A DNA stretch of 64,000 nt from Candidatus Scatovivens sp. (GTDB lineage Bacteria; Bacillota; Clostridia; TANB77; CAG-508), in NCBI GenBank assembly GCA_045646345.1, contig JAZRKN010000011.1, positions 32,001 to 96,000 of the forward strand, read 5' to 3'. This document shows, piece after piece, positions 1 to 9,481 of the stretch. Position 1 is the stretch's first letter. Each line of letters starts with the position of its first letter. Made by a program: the position numbers and the translations under genes. The notes beneath the pieces were generated by a model. It was not told where the DNA came from and did no database searches. It saw nothing but the letters and a program-made list of their open reading frames with translations.

Positions 1-91
1 TGCTTCAAAAATAGCAGAGATAAAAGGAGTAGAATTAGAAGAAATAGCTAAAATTACTTATGAAAATGCTAATAAAGTATTTGGAATATAG
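1..91 (+). CDS. tatD: 3' end of TatD-family hydrolase (partial)
   Basis: Frame from nt 2 reads ASKIAEIKGVELEEIAKITYENANKVFGI*, the typical TatD C-terminal helix; a YabE-like gene, the usual Bacillota neighbour, lies downstream. Confidence 0.75.
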   Translation, partial: ASKIAEIKGVELEEIAKITYENANKVFGI

Positions 92-92
92 T

Positions 93-131
93 AAAAATGC
101 CTGTTATACAGATAGTATAACAGGCATTTTT
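93..131 (+). terminator. Intrinsic terminator
   Basis: aaaaatgcctgttatac-agata-gtataacaggcattttt perfect inverted repeat ending in a T tract. Confidence 0.85.
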
Positions 132-506
132 GTACTTTATTGGTAATAATAGAAACTAATTACATTGCTTATAGGTATAAAAGACTTTATATTATAATTA
201 AAGTCTTATTTTTTGTGTAAAAATTATAAAAAAAATAAATGTCAAGAAAAAAATATAAAAATTTTAAAGAAATTTTTGGCAAAAAAAATCCTTCAAAGTA
301 TTAATTTCGTAGAAAAAATAAAAAAAATGTGGAAAAAAGTAATAGAAACTTAACAATCCTGTGGAAAAACCTCCTAAATGTTTTTCCGTAGCGAGTTTGA
401 AGGTGGTTTTTATAAGTGGAAAAAAAAGGCTATTGCAAAAAAAAAACTAAATGCTATTATGTTGCTAATGAAAATATTCAGGCAAAATTAACAGGGAGGA
501 TTTATT

Positions 507-3500
507 ATGAAAAGGAAAATGTTAATCTCAATTGCATTACTAACAATTATGCTATTGAACTGCATGATGCCTCTATTCATGGTATATGCAGCCGAAGGTG
601 AAGGGATTCAACTAAACAGTACTTTATTCTATGCAGTTGTTGACGCTATTGACTGTGTTGATAACGGTGACGTTGCATTTGAAGTCAACGAAGGTACTCA
701 CACGATATACATAAGTGCTGAAGAACTTGCTAAAGTTAAGTGTTTAGATCTTGCCGGAAAAGGTATTAATGATCTAACAAACTTAGACAAATTTACAAGT
801 TTAGAGCGCTTAGTATTATCATCAAATGATCTTTACAGCGGTGAGGAAAGCAATTTAAGTGTATTAGATAACTTACCTAATTTAGTACATTTAAATTTAT
901 CAGAAAACCACTTAGATAGTGTTGCTGATATTCCTGGTACAATGGAAAGATTATTTAACTCAGATAATGGTACAATATTATTAACTGGACAGATTGTTAA
1001 TAAAGTAGTTACTGTTGATATGAATACAGTAGATAAAGATGCTACTGTACCAGAAACAGTAACAGTAGAAGTACCAGAAATCTTAAGTCTTGCTGGAGAT
1101 TTAAAATCAGTTTGGAAAACAAAAGAAGGATATACACAAACAGATCCAACATTAAAGATTGAAGAATCTTTATTAAAGACTTTAGGATTACCATATATAG
1201 ATTATGCAAAATTTGCTGATTTATATAAAGTAGGACCAGATTCAAAATCATTAACTGTAACAGTTGCTGATTCAAACGGTCTTCCTTATTATGGTATGTT
1301 AAAATATACTATTTCTATAGTAGATGAAAAGGGTGAAGGAGGATTAGCTAGTAACTTAAACAAAGCTTCTGAAAATGCTCTTTACGAATCAGTATTTAAC
1401 ATTTACGTAGTTGTTAAAAACTCAGTAAATGAAGCTATTACAATGGTAGATGAAAATCTTTATTATGCAGTAAAAGAACAATTAACAGGTGGACAAACAG
1501 TTAATGGAGAATTATCAAGCTATCCATATGTAGTAGATATGAATGGAAATACTATCTATATAGAATATGTATATACAACTACAACAGTTGAGGGAACAAA
1601 CTATCAAATATTAACAGAAAAAGATTCAACAACACCTGTATATTGTTATGATCCTGCAACAGCAAGATTATATACATATGAAGATGACGTTGTAGTTGGT
1701 GAATTAGTTGATGATGTTACATTAACACCAGCAACAATTCAAATAGTAAGTGAAACAGATGGTTCAATTACAACTAGAAATGGATATACAACTCCATTCA
1801 AATCAGAAAAAACAGGAGAAACAATGTATATAGCAGCATATGATGATGCTTATACACTTCTTATCAATGATGATGTTCTAACAAATGATATTACATCTTT
1901 AGTATTAGATGGTAAAAAAATCCAATATTTAGATGGATTACAATACTTTGTAGGATTAACTTCTGATTTAAATTTAAGTTATAACTACTTAAAAGGAGTA
2001 GAACAATTATCATTATTACAAGCCCAAAAAGATCATTGGGAAAAACAAGTTGTTGAAAACTATTCTGAACTATTAAAAACAGATCCTGATGGAAACTTAA
2101 GTACAGTAGTAGCAGAAATAGAAGCTATTATGCAAAAAGTTGAATCAACATCAGGAGCAGATGTAGCTGGAAAAATTATTGAAATTTTAAGAGATGCATC
2201 TAAATTAGTTACATCAGATGAAAATTACGAAACACAATTACAAGAAAAAGCAAATCTATTATCAGAAGAATTTAAAAAATTATATGGTTACACAGATACA
2301 GAGGGTAAACATGTAAATGGTTTAATTGATAATTTAGAAGAAGATTTGAAAGCAGAAGGAAGCACAGACACAGATGCAACAAGTATCTCAGATTTATTAT
2401 GGGAAGCTTATGCATATTTATCAGCATTATATAGAGAATATAGTAATGAATATAAAATTACAACTTTATTAGCTGATAACGTTAATTATATGACATATTC
2501 AGATTATGAAAAATATTCTGAAGCAGTTAAAACATATGAAACAGCTAAAGTTTTAGGAGATGAACAAATTGCTTTTGTAACAACATTAGAATCAGCTAAA
2601 GCTTTATCTGAATTAGATATGGAATTATTATTATCTGTATTCCCAGGAATACAAAAATATATTGATGAAGAATCTGAAACACCAGTTGCAGATTATTTCG
2701 CAGAACAAGAATATAGCCATGCAGGTTATAAAAGAATTCTTAAAGAATTCAGAATGATTGGATTATATTCAGAATTAGCAAATTATTGCTTAATTAAAAG
2801 AATGGAAGTAGAAACAGCTCCTGGAATCTGTTATGCAGAAGAATATTTAGAAAGAAGAATTGAAGAATTAAGCTTAGAAAATATTCCAGCTGATTATGAA
2901 GAAGCTATGCTAGCAAGATTAAAAGGAGAATATGCTGATTTATCATTCTTTGAAGATGATGCAATGATGATTGCAAGTTTTGATGATGTTACAGCTGCAT
3001 ATGTAGATTATGCTGCTAGAACATATGAATATGGAGAAGAAATCTCTATAACTTCTGGAGAATATCTTCCAGTAACAGATGTACAATTCACAGTAGAGAA
3101 TTATACAGCTGAAGAACTTGAAAATTTAGTTATACCAGCAGAATCAAATGGTAATTTCGCACAAGCACAAGCAGCTTTAGATTTAGCTGATGGTATTAGC
3201 AAAAATGTAGTTAAACAAATCTATTTAGCTGAAGAAGTTAATGGTGTGTTTGGCGCAGAAAACGAATTAGTTGTATACAATCAATTAATGAGTTTAGCAA
3301 AAAAATTATTAAATGGTAACGTTGAAAAATATGTTCAATTAGCAGATCTTAAAAAATTGAATATTGCTGAAAACGGACACTTAGACAACTTAGAAGGAAT
3401 TACAGAATTACAATCACTAGTTGATTTAAATGCTGATCACTGTGCATTCTCAGATGTAGAAAGCATTGATTGGTCAAAATTACCAAACTTAAGAAAATTA

Positions 3501-4958
3501 AGTTTATCACACAATGGAATCGAAACAATGGATCCATTCGTTAAATTGAAAAATTTAACATATTTAGATTTAAGTAAAAACAATATCTCAGGAAAAATAG
3601 ATATCGATCCAAACGATTTCTCAACATTCTTTGATGATTTAGCTTACTTAAACTTATCTGAAAACCAAATTTCAGATATTAGATCAATCCAATTATTCTT
3701 AGATGGAATAACAAATGGAAACTATGGTGAATATTTAGCAAATACAGAAGACTTTGAATTAGACTTAAGAAAACAAAATATCACTATAAATATAGAAGAA
3801 CCAATTCTTTATAATCCATCAGTAAAAACAATTAATGTTGATTTAACAAAAACAAAAATATTCACACAATTAAAAGCTATCGATACAAAGAGAACAGCTT
3901 TTGGTATGAACAGTGAATATGGAAGCATTAATGCTGATGGTACAAATATGTTAATCAATGTATCAAAATTAGGAAAACAAACAGCTATAGCAGACATTGA
4001 AAACATTGATAAAAACGCTGCAGTAGAAGATTACTGTATAGGATACGGATCAAAAATCACAGTTAACTACACAGTAATAGCTGGAACAGTTTCTACATTC
4101 GCAGTTAACCCAACAGAAAACATAACTGTAAATGCTGGTGAAACAGTACAATTTACAGGAGAAGTAACAGGTGAAAACCTATTTAGTACAAAAGTTATTT
4201 ATACAGTTAAAGGAAACACAAGTGCAGATACAAAAATTGATTCTAACGGATTATTAACAGTAGGTGCTGATGAAAAATCTACATCTATTACAGTAGTTGC
4301 ACATCCAGAAGCTGACCCAACAATAACAAAATCAATAGATGTTACAGTAGTACCATCTGAAGAACCTACAACACCTCCAACAGAAGGTGGAGAAGGAACA
4401 ACACCTCCAACAGAAGGTGGTGAAGGAACAAACCCACCTGCAGGAGAAGGAGAAGAAGTAACACCTCCAACAGAAGGTGGTGAAGATACAACAGTAGATG
4501 TTGTAAATCCAGGTGAATTAGGATATGAAGCTGGAGAAGAATTCTTAACAGGAATTAATCCAAAAACACCAGTAGAAGATTTCTCAACAATCTTCTTAAA
4601 TGGTAAAGAATATAATGTAGTTATTAAGAAAGATGGAGAAACAATCACATCTGGAAATATGGCTACAGGTATGTATGTACAATTACAAGATGAAAATGGT
4701 GAAGTAGTTAAAGATCAAAACGGAGATTTAGTTGTATATGAAATCATCGTAAACGGAGACGTAAATGGTGATGGACTTGCAAACTCACTAGATTCAATTT
4801 TAATCAAAGCTCACAGAAACGAAATCACAGCATTAGCTGGAGATGCGTTTGAAGCAGCTGACATTAACAACGACGGAAATGTTAACGTTGCTGACTCAAA
4901 ATTGTTATTATATCATAGAGCTGAAGTTAAAGGTTATGACTTAAACTATGTAAAATAG
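507..4958 (+). CDS. Secreted leucine-rich-repeat protein with Ig-like domain, Pro/Gly/Glu linker and C-terminal dockerin
   Basis: RBS gggagga; signal peptide; LxxLxLxxN repeats (LERLVLSSNDL, LRKLSLSHNGI, LTYLDLSKNNI); Big-like segment (TKIDSNGLLTV); duplicated Ca-binding loops GDVNGDG...D and ADINNDGNVNVAD. Confidence 0.85.
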   Translation: MKRKMLISIALLTIMLLNCMMPLFMVYAAEGEGIQLNSTLFYAVVDAIDCVDNGDVAFEVNEGTHTIYISAEELAKVKCLDLAGKGINDLTNLDKFTSLERLVLSSNDLYSGEESNLSVLDNLPNLVHLNLSENHLDSVADIPGTMERLFNSDNGTILLTGQIVNKVVTVDMNTVDKDATVPETVTVEVPEILSLAGDLKSVWKTKEGYTQTDPTLKIEESLLKTLGLPYIDYAKFADLYKVGPDSKSLTVTVADSNGLPYYGMLKYTISIVDEKGEGGLASNLNKASENALYESVFNIYVVVKNSVNEAITMVDENLYYAVKEQLTGGQTVNGELSSYPYVVDMNGNTIYIEYVYTTTTVEGTNYQILTEKDSTTPVYCYDPATARLYTYEDDVVVGELVDDVTLTPATIQIVSETDGSITTRNGYTTPFKSEKTGETMYIAAYDDAYTLLINDDVLTNDITSLVLDGKKIQYLDGLQYFVGLTSDLNLSYNYLKGVEQLSLLQAQKDHWEKQVVENYSELLKTDPDGNLSTVVAEIEAIMQKVESTSGADVAGKIIEILRDASKLVTSDENYETQLQEKANLLSEEFKKLYGYTDTEGKHVNGLIDNLEEDLKAEGSTDTDATSISDLLWEAYAYLSALYREYSNEYKITTLLADNVNYMTYSDYEKYSEAVKTYETAKVLGDEQIAFVTTLESAKALSELDMELLLSVFPGIQKYIDEESETPVADYFAEQEYSHAGYKRILKEFRMIGLYSELANYCLIKRMEVETAPGICYAEEYLERRIEELSLENIPADYEEAMLARLKGEYADLSFFEDDAMMIASFDDVTAAYVDYAARTYEYGEEISITSGEYLPVTDVQFTVENYTAEELENLVIPAESNGNFAQAQAALDLADGISKNVVKQIYLAEEVNGVFGAENELVVYNQLMSLAKKLLNGNVEKYVQLADLKKLNIAENGHLDNLEGITELQSLVDLNADHCAFSDVESIDWSKLPNLRKLSLSHNGIETMDPFVKLKNLTYLDLSKNNISGKIDIDPNDFSTFFDDLAYLNLSENQISDIRSIQLFLDGITNGNYGEYLANTEDFELDLRKQNITINIEEPILYNPSVKTINVDLTKTKIFTQLKAIDTKRTAFGMNSEYGSINADGTNMLINVSKLGKQTAIADIENIDKNAAVEDYCIGYGSKITVNYTVIAGTVSTFAVNPTENITVNAGETVQFTGEVTGENLFSTKVIYTVKGNTSADTKIDSNGLLTVGADEKSTSITVVAHPEADPTITKSIDVTVVPSEEPTTPPTEGGEGTTPPTEGGEGTNPPAGEGEEVTPPTEGGEDTTVDVVNPGELGYEAGEEFLTGINPKTPVEDFSTIFLNGKEYNVVIKKDGETITSGNMATGMYVQLQDENGEVVKDQNGDLVVYEIIVNGDVNGDGLANSLDSILIKAHRNEITALAGDAFEAADINNDGNVNVADSKLLLYHRAEVKGYDLNYVK
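4365..4490 (+). repeat. Tandem TPPTEGGEG-type linker repeats (27-30 bp units)
   Basis: acacctccaacagaaggtgg occurs three times plus one degenerate unit. Confidence 0.85.
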
Positions 4959-4969
4959 TAAAGATTGAA

Positions 4970-5003
4970 GTATTTAGGCGATGAAAAAAAGTCGCCTAGA
5001 TAC
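4970..5003 (+). terminator. Hairpin / probable terminator
   Basis: gtatttaggcgat...gtcgcctagatac stem right after the stop codon; no strong T tract on +. Confidence 0.5.
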
Positions 5004-5099
5004 GACAAAAAAAGTCATAATTAACAAAAAAAGGTATTGCATTTTAAAAAAAGAAATGGTATCCTTGTATTGTATTAGCAAATGAGGAGAATGATAATT

Positions 5100-6017
5100 A
5101 TGAAAAAAAATAAGTTAATATTATTGCAATTATTAGTTGCGTTTGTGTTAATTTCAACAAGCGTATATGCTGCAGTTACAACAACAATATCGCTTTCAAT
5201 AGCTGAAGCGACAGCATATAGAGGAGATAAAGTTGAAGTTAAATTATCTCTAGAAAATGTAGAAGAAAGTAATAAAATACAAAGTATTACTGGTTACATT
5301 AATTATGATGAAAATGTTATTGAACCATTAACTGTTGATAACATCAAACAAGGTGAAGGAAACACTGTAACAATAGGTAATGAGGTGTTAAAAGTCGAAG
5401 ACCTAACTAATGCAGATGTTAATAAAATTCCAACATCAACATCTTACATAGCTTTTAATGGAGATCCAACAAGTGGAAATGATTCTAGAATTGTAATCGA
5501 TTTTAAAGATGGAATTACAGAGGATACAGATCTACTAACAGTTGAATTCAAAGTAAAAGAAGATGCTACAATAGGAGAAGTTGAAAAAGCAATCTCTTAT
5601 TCAATGTTTGTAACAACAGCTGATTCAGCAGAATCTGAAGAAATGACAAAAAATGTCAAATTAACAGTAAAAGCTGTTGAACCAGAAAAAGAAGATGGAA
5701 ATAGCGTAAGTAATGAAAACGCAGCAAACAAAGTAGAAAACGAAGTTGAAAATAAAGTAGAAAATAAAGCTGAAAATAAAGCTGAGAATAAAGCTGAAAA
5801 CAAAGCTGAAAACAAAGCTGAAAATAAAGCTGAAAATAAAAACACAAATAAAAATACAAACAAAGCAGTAACTGGAAACAAAAATGCTTCAGATAACTCT
5901 GTTTCAGGAGCAAAACTACCTGCAGCAGGTGCTAAAGTTATTTTAATTCCAGCAACAATGTTAGTTGTATTAGCTTATGTGAGCTATAATAGATATTTAA
6001 AATATAGAGATATATAA
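5100..6017 (+). CDS. Cohesin-domain cell-wall-anchored protein with LPxTG-like (LPAAG) sorting signal
   Basis: RBS gaggag then ATG 5100; signal peptide; cohesin-like pattern GDKVEVKLSL...ITGYINYDENVIE...LLTVEFKVKEDA; AENK stalk; LPAAG + hydrophobic helix + basic tail. Confidence 0.75.
   Translation: MKKNKLILLQLLVAFVLISTSVYAAVTTTISLSIAEATAYRGDKVEVKLSLENVEESNKIQSITGYINYDENVIEPLTVDNIKQGEGNTVTIGNEVLKVEDLTNADVNKIPTSTSYIAFNGDPTSGNDSRIVIDFKDGITEDTDLLTVEFKVKEDATIGEVEKAISYSMFVTTADSAESEEMTKNVKLTVKAVEPEKEDGNSVSNENAANKVENEVENKVENKAENKAENKAENKAENKAENKAENKNTNKNTNKAVTGNKNASDNSVSGAKLPAAGAKVILIPATMLVVLAYVSYNRYLKYRDI
5727..5864 (+). repeat. 12-bp coding tandem repeat (NKVE/NKAE/NKNT stalk)
   Basis: six aaagctgaRaaY units flanked by degenerate units. 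Confidence 0.9.
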
Positions 6018-6047
6018 TATTTTCTTAAAAATAATTAATTAATCCCT

Positions 6048-6080
6048 GGAGAGATAGCAAAGGCTATCTCTTCTTTATTT
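6048..6080 (+). terminator. Intrinsic terminator
   Basis: gagatagc-aaag-gctatctc followed by a T-rich tract. Confidence 0.75.
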
Positions 6081-6107
6081 ATGCTTTAACACTTGAAAAA
6101 AATAGTA

Positions 6108-6136
6108 TTGCATTAATTTTTTGATATTGATATAAT
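6108..6136 (+). promoter_or_regulatory. SigA-type promoter of lemA-htpX
   Basis: TTGCAT-17bp-TATAAT with TG extended -10. Confidence 0.65.
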
Positions 6137-6168
6137 GTAATAAATTTTATAAATGGAGGGGAAAATAT

Positions 6169-6720
6169 ATGGTAATAGCTTTGATAATTATTCTTGTCAT
6201 AGTTTTTTGGGCTATAGGAATGTATAATGGACTTGTTCAATCAAGAAATAAAGTAAAAAATGCATGGAGCCAAATAGATGTACAGTTACAAAGAAGATTT
6301 GATTTAATACCAAATTTAGTAGAAGCTGTTAAAGGATATATGGCACACGAAAACGAGACATTAACAAAAGTTACAGAACTTAGAACTTCTTGGGCAAACG
6401 CTTCAACAATAAATGAAAAAGCAGCGTTAGATAATCAATTATCAGGTGCTTTAAAAACAATTATGGCAGTTTCTGAAAACTACCCTGAATTAAAGGCAAA
6501 CCAAAACTTTTCTGAATTACAAGAAGAATTAAGAAGTACAGAAAATAAAATTTCTTATGCAAGACAATTCTATAATGACAGCGTTACAATGTATAATACA
6601 AAATTAGAGGTTGTTCCAACAAATCTAGTTGCAGCATTGTTTGGTTTTAAACCAGAAGAATTATTTAAAACAGATTCAGAAGAAGCTAGACAAAATGTAA
6701 AAGTTGATTTTAGTAAATAA
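6169..6720 (+). CDS. lemA: LemA family protein
   Basis: N-terminal TM; YNGLV...NAWSQIDVQLQRRFDLIPNLVEAVKGY; YPELKANQNF; ENKISYARQFYN. Confidence 0.95.
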   Translation: MVIALIIILVIVFWAIGMYNGLVQSRNKVKNAWSQIDVQLQRRFDLIPNLVEAVKGYMAHENETLTKVTELRTSWANASTINEKAALDNQLSGALKTIMAVSENYPELKANQNFSELQEELRSTENKISYARQFYNDSVTMYNTKLEVVPTNLVAALFGFKPEELFKTDSEEARQNVKVDFSK

Positions 6721-6791
6721 TTTAAAAAGCGCTATCTGATTAAGGGTGGCGCTTTTGTTATTATACAAAAAATAAGAAAGGAGAGATTCTT

Positions 6792-7685
6792 ATGTATGAA
6801 GATATAAATAAAAATAAAATGAAGACAAGTGTTGTTATATTTGTATTCTTAACAATGATAACTTTGATACTATATTATTTATGCTATGCTTTTGATATGG
6901 GACCATATTCTATTATAATAGCTCTAATATTTTCAATAATTTCAACGATAGCAACATATTATAATTGTGATAAGATTGTTTTAGCATCAGTAAGAGCAAG
7001 ACCAGCAACTAAAGAAGAAGATCTTCAACTTACCAATATTCTAGAAGGATTAATGATTACTTCTGGATTAAATGTAAAACCAAGATTATATGTTGTTGAT
7101 TCAAGCCAACCTAATGCTTTTGCAACTGGAAGGAACCCAGAAAACGCTATAATATGTGTAACGAGAGGATTATTAGATAAATTAGATTATTATGAATTAG
7201 AAGGAGTTGTTGCTCACGAATTAGCACACATTAAAAACTACGACATTCGATTATCAGCGGTTGTAAGTGTAATGGTAGGGTTTGTTATTATGCTATCAGA
7301 TATGTTTACTAGAATCGCGTTTAGAAGCCGTAGAAGAAGTAGCGATGATGATAGTAGTGGTAATGCGATACTAATGATTATTGGATTGATTTTTCTTATA
7401 ATTTCGCCAATAGTTTCAAAATTAATTCAATTAGCTGTTTCAAGAAGAAGAGAATATTTGGCAGATGCTACAGCAGTATCATTTACAAGAAATCCTGATG
7501 GATTAATTTCTGCTTTAATAAAAATAAGTTCAGATGATTCTGATATGGATTCAGCAAGTAATAGTAATGCTCATATGTATATAGTTACACCTTTTAAAAA
7601 TAAAAGAAAAGCAAGTAAAAGTAGTGTGTTTTCAACACATCCTGGAATAGAAGAAAGAATAGAAGCACTTAAAAATTTAAGTTAA
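6792..7685 (+). CDS. htpX: M48 zinc metalloprotease, HtpX family
   Basis: PNAFATG, HELAH zinc motif, SRRREYLAD, FSTHP; follows lemA as usual. Confidence 0.92.
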   Translation: MYEDINKNKMKTSVVIFVFLTMITLILYYLCYAFDMGPYSIIIALIFSIISTIATYYNCDKIVLASVRARPATKEEDLQLTNILEGLMITSGLNVKPRLYVVDSSQPNAFATGRNPENAIICVTRGLLDKLDYYELEGVVAHELAHIKNYDIRLSAVVSVMVGFVIMLSDMFTRIAFRSRRRSSDDDSSGNAILMIIGLIFLIISPIVSKLIQLAVSRRREYLADATAVSFTRNPDGLISALIKISSDDSDMDSASNSNAHMYIVTPFKNKRKASKSSVFSTHPGIEERIEALKNLS

Positions 7686-7706
7686 TATTATTTTTAATTA
7701 TAATTA

Positions 7707-7730
7707 AAGCCCAACTATTAAGTTGGGCTT
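7707..7730 (+). terminator. Hairpin / probable terminator
   Basis: aagcccaact-atta-agttgggctt perfect stem. Confidence 0.7.
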
Positions 7731-7861
7731 ATTAATTTGCATTTAAATATCATATATTTTGTAAAAAAAAGAAGAAAAATATATAATTTGTCAAGTGTCT
7801 CATAAACACGGAATCTAATTATTTCAAGCTTTTGATGGGAAATAAGTAGACATGTTTTAAA

Positions 7862-7890
7862 TTGACAAACATATAAATTAATTATATAAT
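7862..7890 (+). promoter_or_regulatory. SigA consensus promoter
   Basis: TTGACA-17bp-TATAAT. Confidence 0.75.
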
Positions 7891-7917
7891 GAATTTGCAA
7901 ATTAAGGGGGCTATTGT

Positions 7918-8886
7918 ATGGAAGGAAGATTTTTTACTAATGTAATTAGAAAAATCGTTTTCATAAGTGTTATTCTAATTTGTTTACTTACAATAGGGGT
8001 TAAAGCTTCTAAATCGGATCTAAACTATATAACTATTGTTTTTCCAGAAGACTATGAAACAACAGTAGTAACATCTAAAGTTAAAGTTTCTGAAATATTA
8101 TCAGAAAATCATATAATTATATTGCCAGATGAAGTAGTATATCCAGATGAAGAGTCTGTAATTGATTTTTCTAAAAAAATTACAATCTCAAAAGTAACTG
8201 AAACTAAAAAGATTATTTCAGAACAAGTTGAAAGTGTTACAACAGAAGAACTTTTGGGAAAATATATAACTGTTACAGAAAAGATTATTGTAGAACAAGT
8301 TGAAATACCATATGAAACAATAACTAAAGATGTCTCTAAACAAGGTACTGTAACAACAGATACAGTATTGCAAAAAGGAGTTAATGGACTTAAAGAAATT
8401 AAGTATAAGGTTAGATATCAAGATAACCAAGAAATAGAAAGAAACGTTATATCCGAAAAAATAATAAAAGAACCAAAAGATAAAATAATACAAATTTCTA
8501 GTAAAATAGTATCAAGAGGTGGAAGAAGAGATACAATGTTGACACCAGAAGCAATTGCTGCAAGTGTTTCTGGAAAAACTCCGACAGTAACAAATTTAAA
8601 TACATCAGCATATTGTGCATGTATGATTTGTTGTGGTAAAACAAATGGTGTTACAAGTTCTGGCGCATTAGCAAAAGAATGGTATACAATAGCAGCAGGA
8701 AAAGGGTATCCAATAGGTACAGTTATTTACATTCCAGCGTTAGCTAACAAGCCGAATAAGGGGTGGTTTATAGTAGAAGATAGAGGTGGGGCTATAACAA
8801 ATAACAAGATAGATATTTATATGGATTCTCACACATCTGCTTTAATATTTGGAAGAAGAAATTTGGAATGTCATATTTATCAATAA
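7918..8886 (+). CDS. YabE-like G5 + 3D domain cell-wall protein
   Basis: N-terminal TM; G5 (IPYETI...QKGVNGLK...IIKEP); 3D domain (SAYC...TSSG...VEDRGGAITNNKIDIYM...FGRR). Confidence 0.85.
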   Translation: MEGRFFTNVIRKIVFISVILICLLTIGVKASKSDLNYITIVFPEDYETTVVTSKVKVSEILSENHIIILPDEVVYPDEESVIDFSKKITISKVTETKKIISEQVESVTTEELLGKYITVTEKIIVEQVEIPYETITKDVSKQGTVTTDTVLQKGVNGLKEIKYKVRYQDNQEIERNVISEKIIKEPKDKIIQISSKIVSRGGRRDTMLTPEAIAASVSGKTPTVTNLNTSAYCACMICCGKTNGVTSSGALAKEWYTIAAGKGYPIGTVIYIPALANKPNKGWFIVEDRGGAITNNKIDIYMDSHTSALIFGRRNLECHIYQ

Positions 8887-8897
8887 ATTTATAGAAT

Positions 8898-8942
8898 AAA
8901 AGGCTCTAAGGTTAAGCAATAGCTTGGCTTTAGGGCTTTTTT
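8898..8942 (+). terminator. Intrinsic terminator
   Basis: aaaaggctctaaggttaagc-aata-gcttggctttagggctttttt with G-U pairs and T tract. Confidence 0.75.
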
Positions 8943-9015
8943 GTACGTGATTTTGCTATATATATAAATAAGTAGAAAAAACAGTAAAAAAATCAACAAA
9001 ATACTTAACATAATA

Positions 9016-9044
9016 TTGAAAAATACTTGCATTTGTGGTATAAT
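9016..9044 (+). promoter_or_regulatory. SigA-type promoter about 440 bp upstream of the giant surface-protein operon
   Basis: TTGAAA-17bp-TATAAT with TG extended -10. Confidence 0.7.
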
Positions 9045-9050
9045 AATATT

Positions 9051-9455
9051 ATGTATAACTGCGCTCTTTTTTAAGAAGTATACAAATTGGAGAGTTCCAG
9101 ATGTATATATTCTGAAAAATATATTATCTATTTGTAGATGGATAATATACAAAATTTGAATATTATTAAATCTGGAATCTCAAAAATTATATTTTTCTTA
9201 GCTAAACCATTATTTTTAAAAATTGCTAGGGAAATATAAGTTTTGTGATTTTTTTTATAAATTTTTAAAAAAACTATAAAAATTTAATCAAAACTTAATA
9301 TTAACCATTTTAGACATTGAAAATGTAGTTCCGTAGCACGAAAGACAGGAATTACTTACTACTAGCAGGATTGTGGTATATACAAATTTTTGAAATAGGT
9401 TTAGTATATTATATATTAATAATAATGGGTATAATAGCCGATTATTGAGTATTAA
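9051..9455 (+). ncRNA. Putative long structured leader RNA or sRNA
   Basis: Series of stems with G-U pairs that form only on + (9090-9112/9158-9181; 9120-9149; 9182-9244; gtagttcc/ggaattac) directly after the promoter. Confidence 0.5.
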
Positions 9456-9481
9456 AATACGCAAGAAGGGGGAAGTTTGAT

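Noticed and set aside
180-415. Weak inverted repeats upstream of the LRR gene (aagacttta/taaagtctt; aaaaacc...ggttttt)
   Set aside because: Short and AT-rich, no recognisable riboswitch or operator consensus
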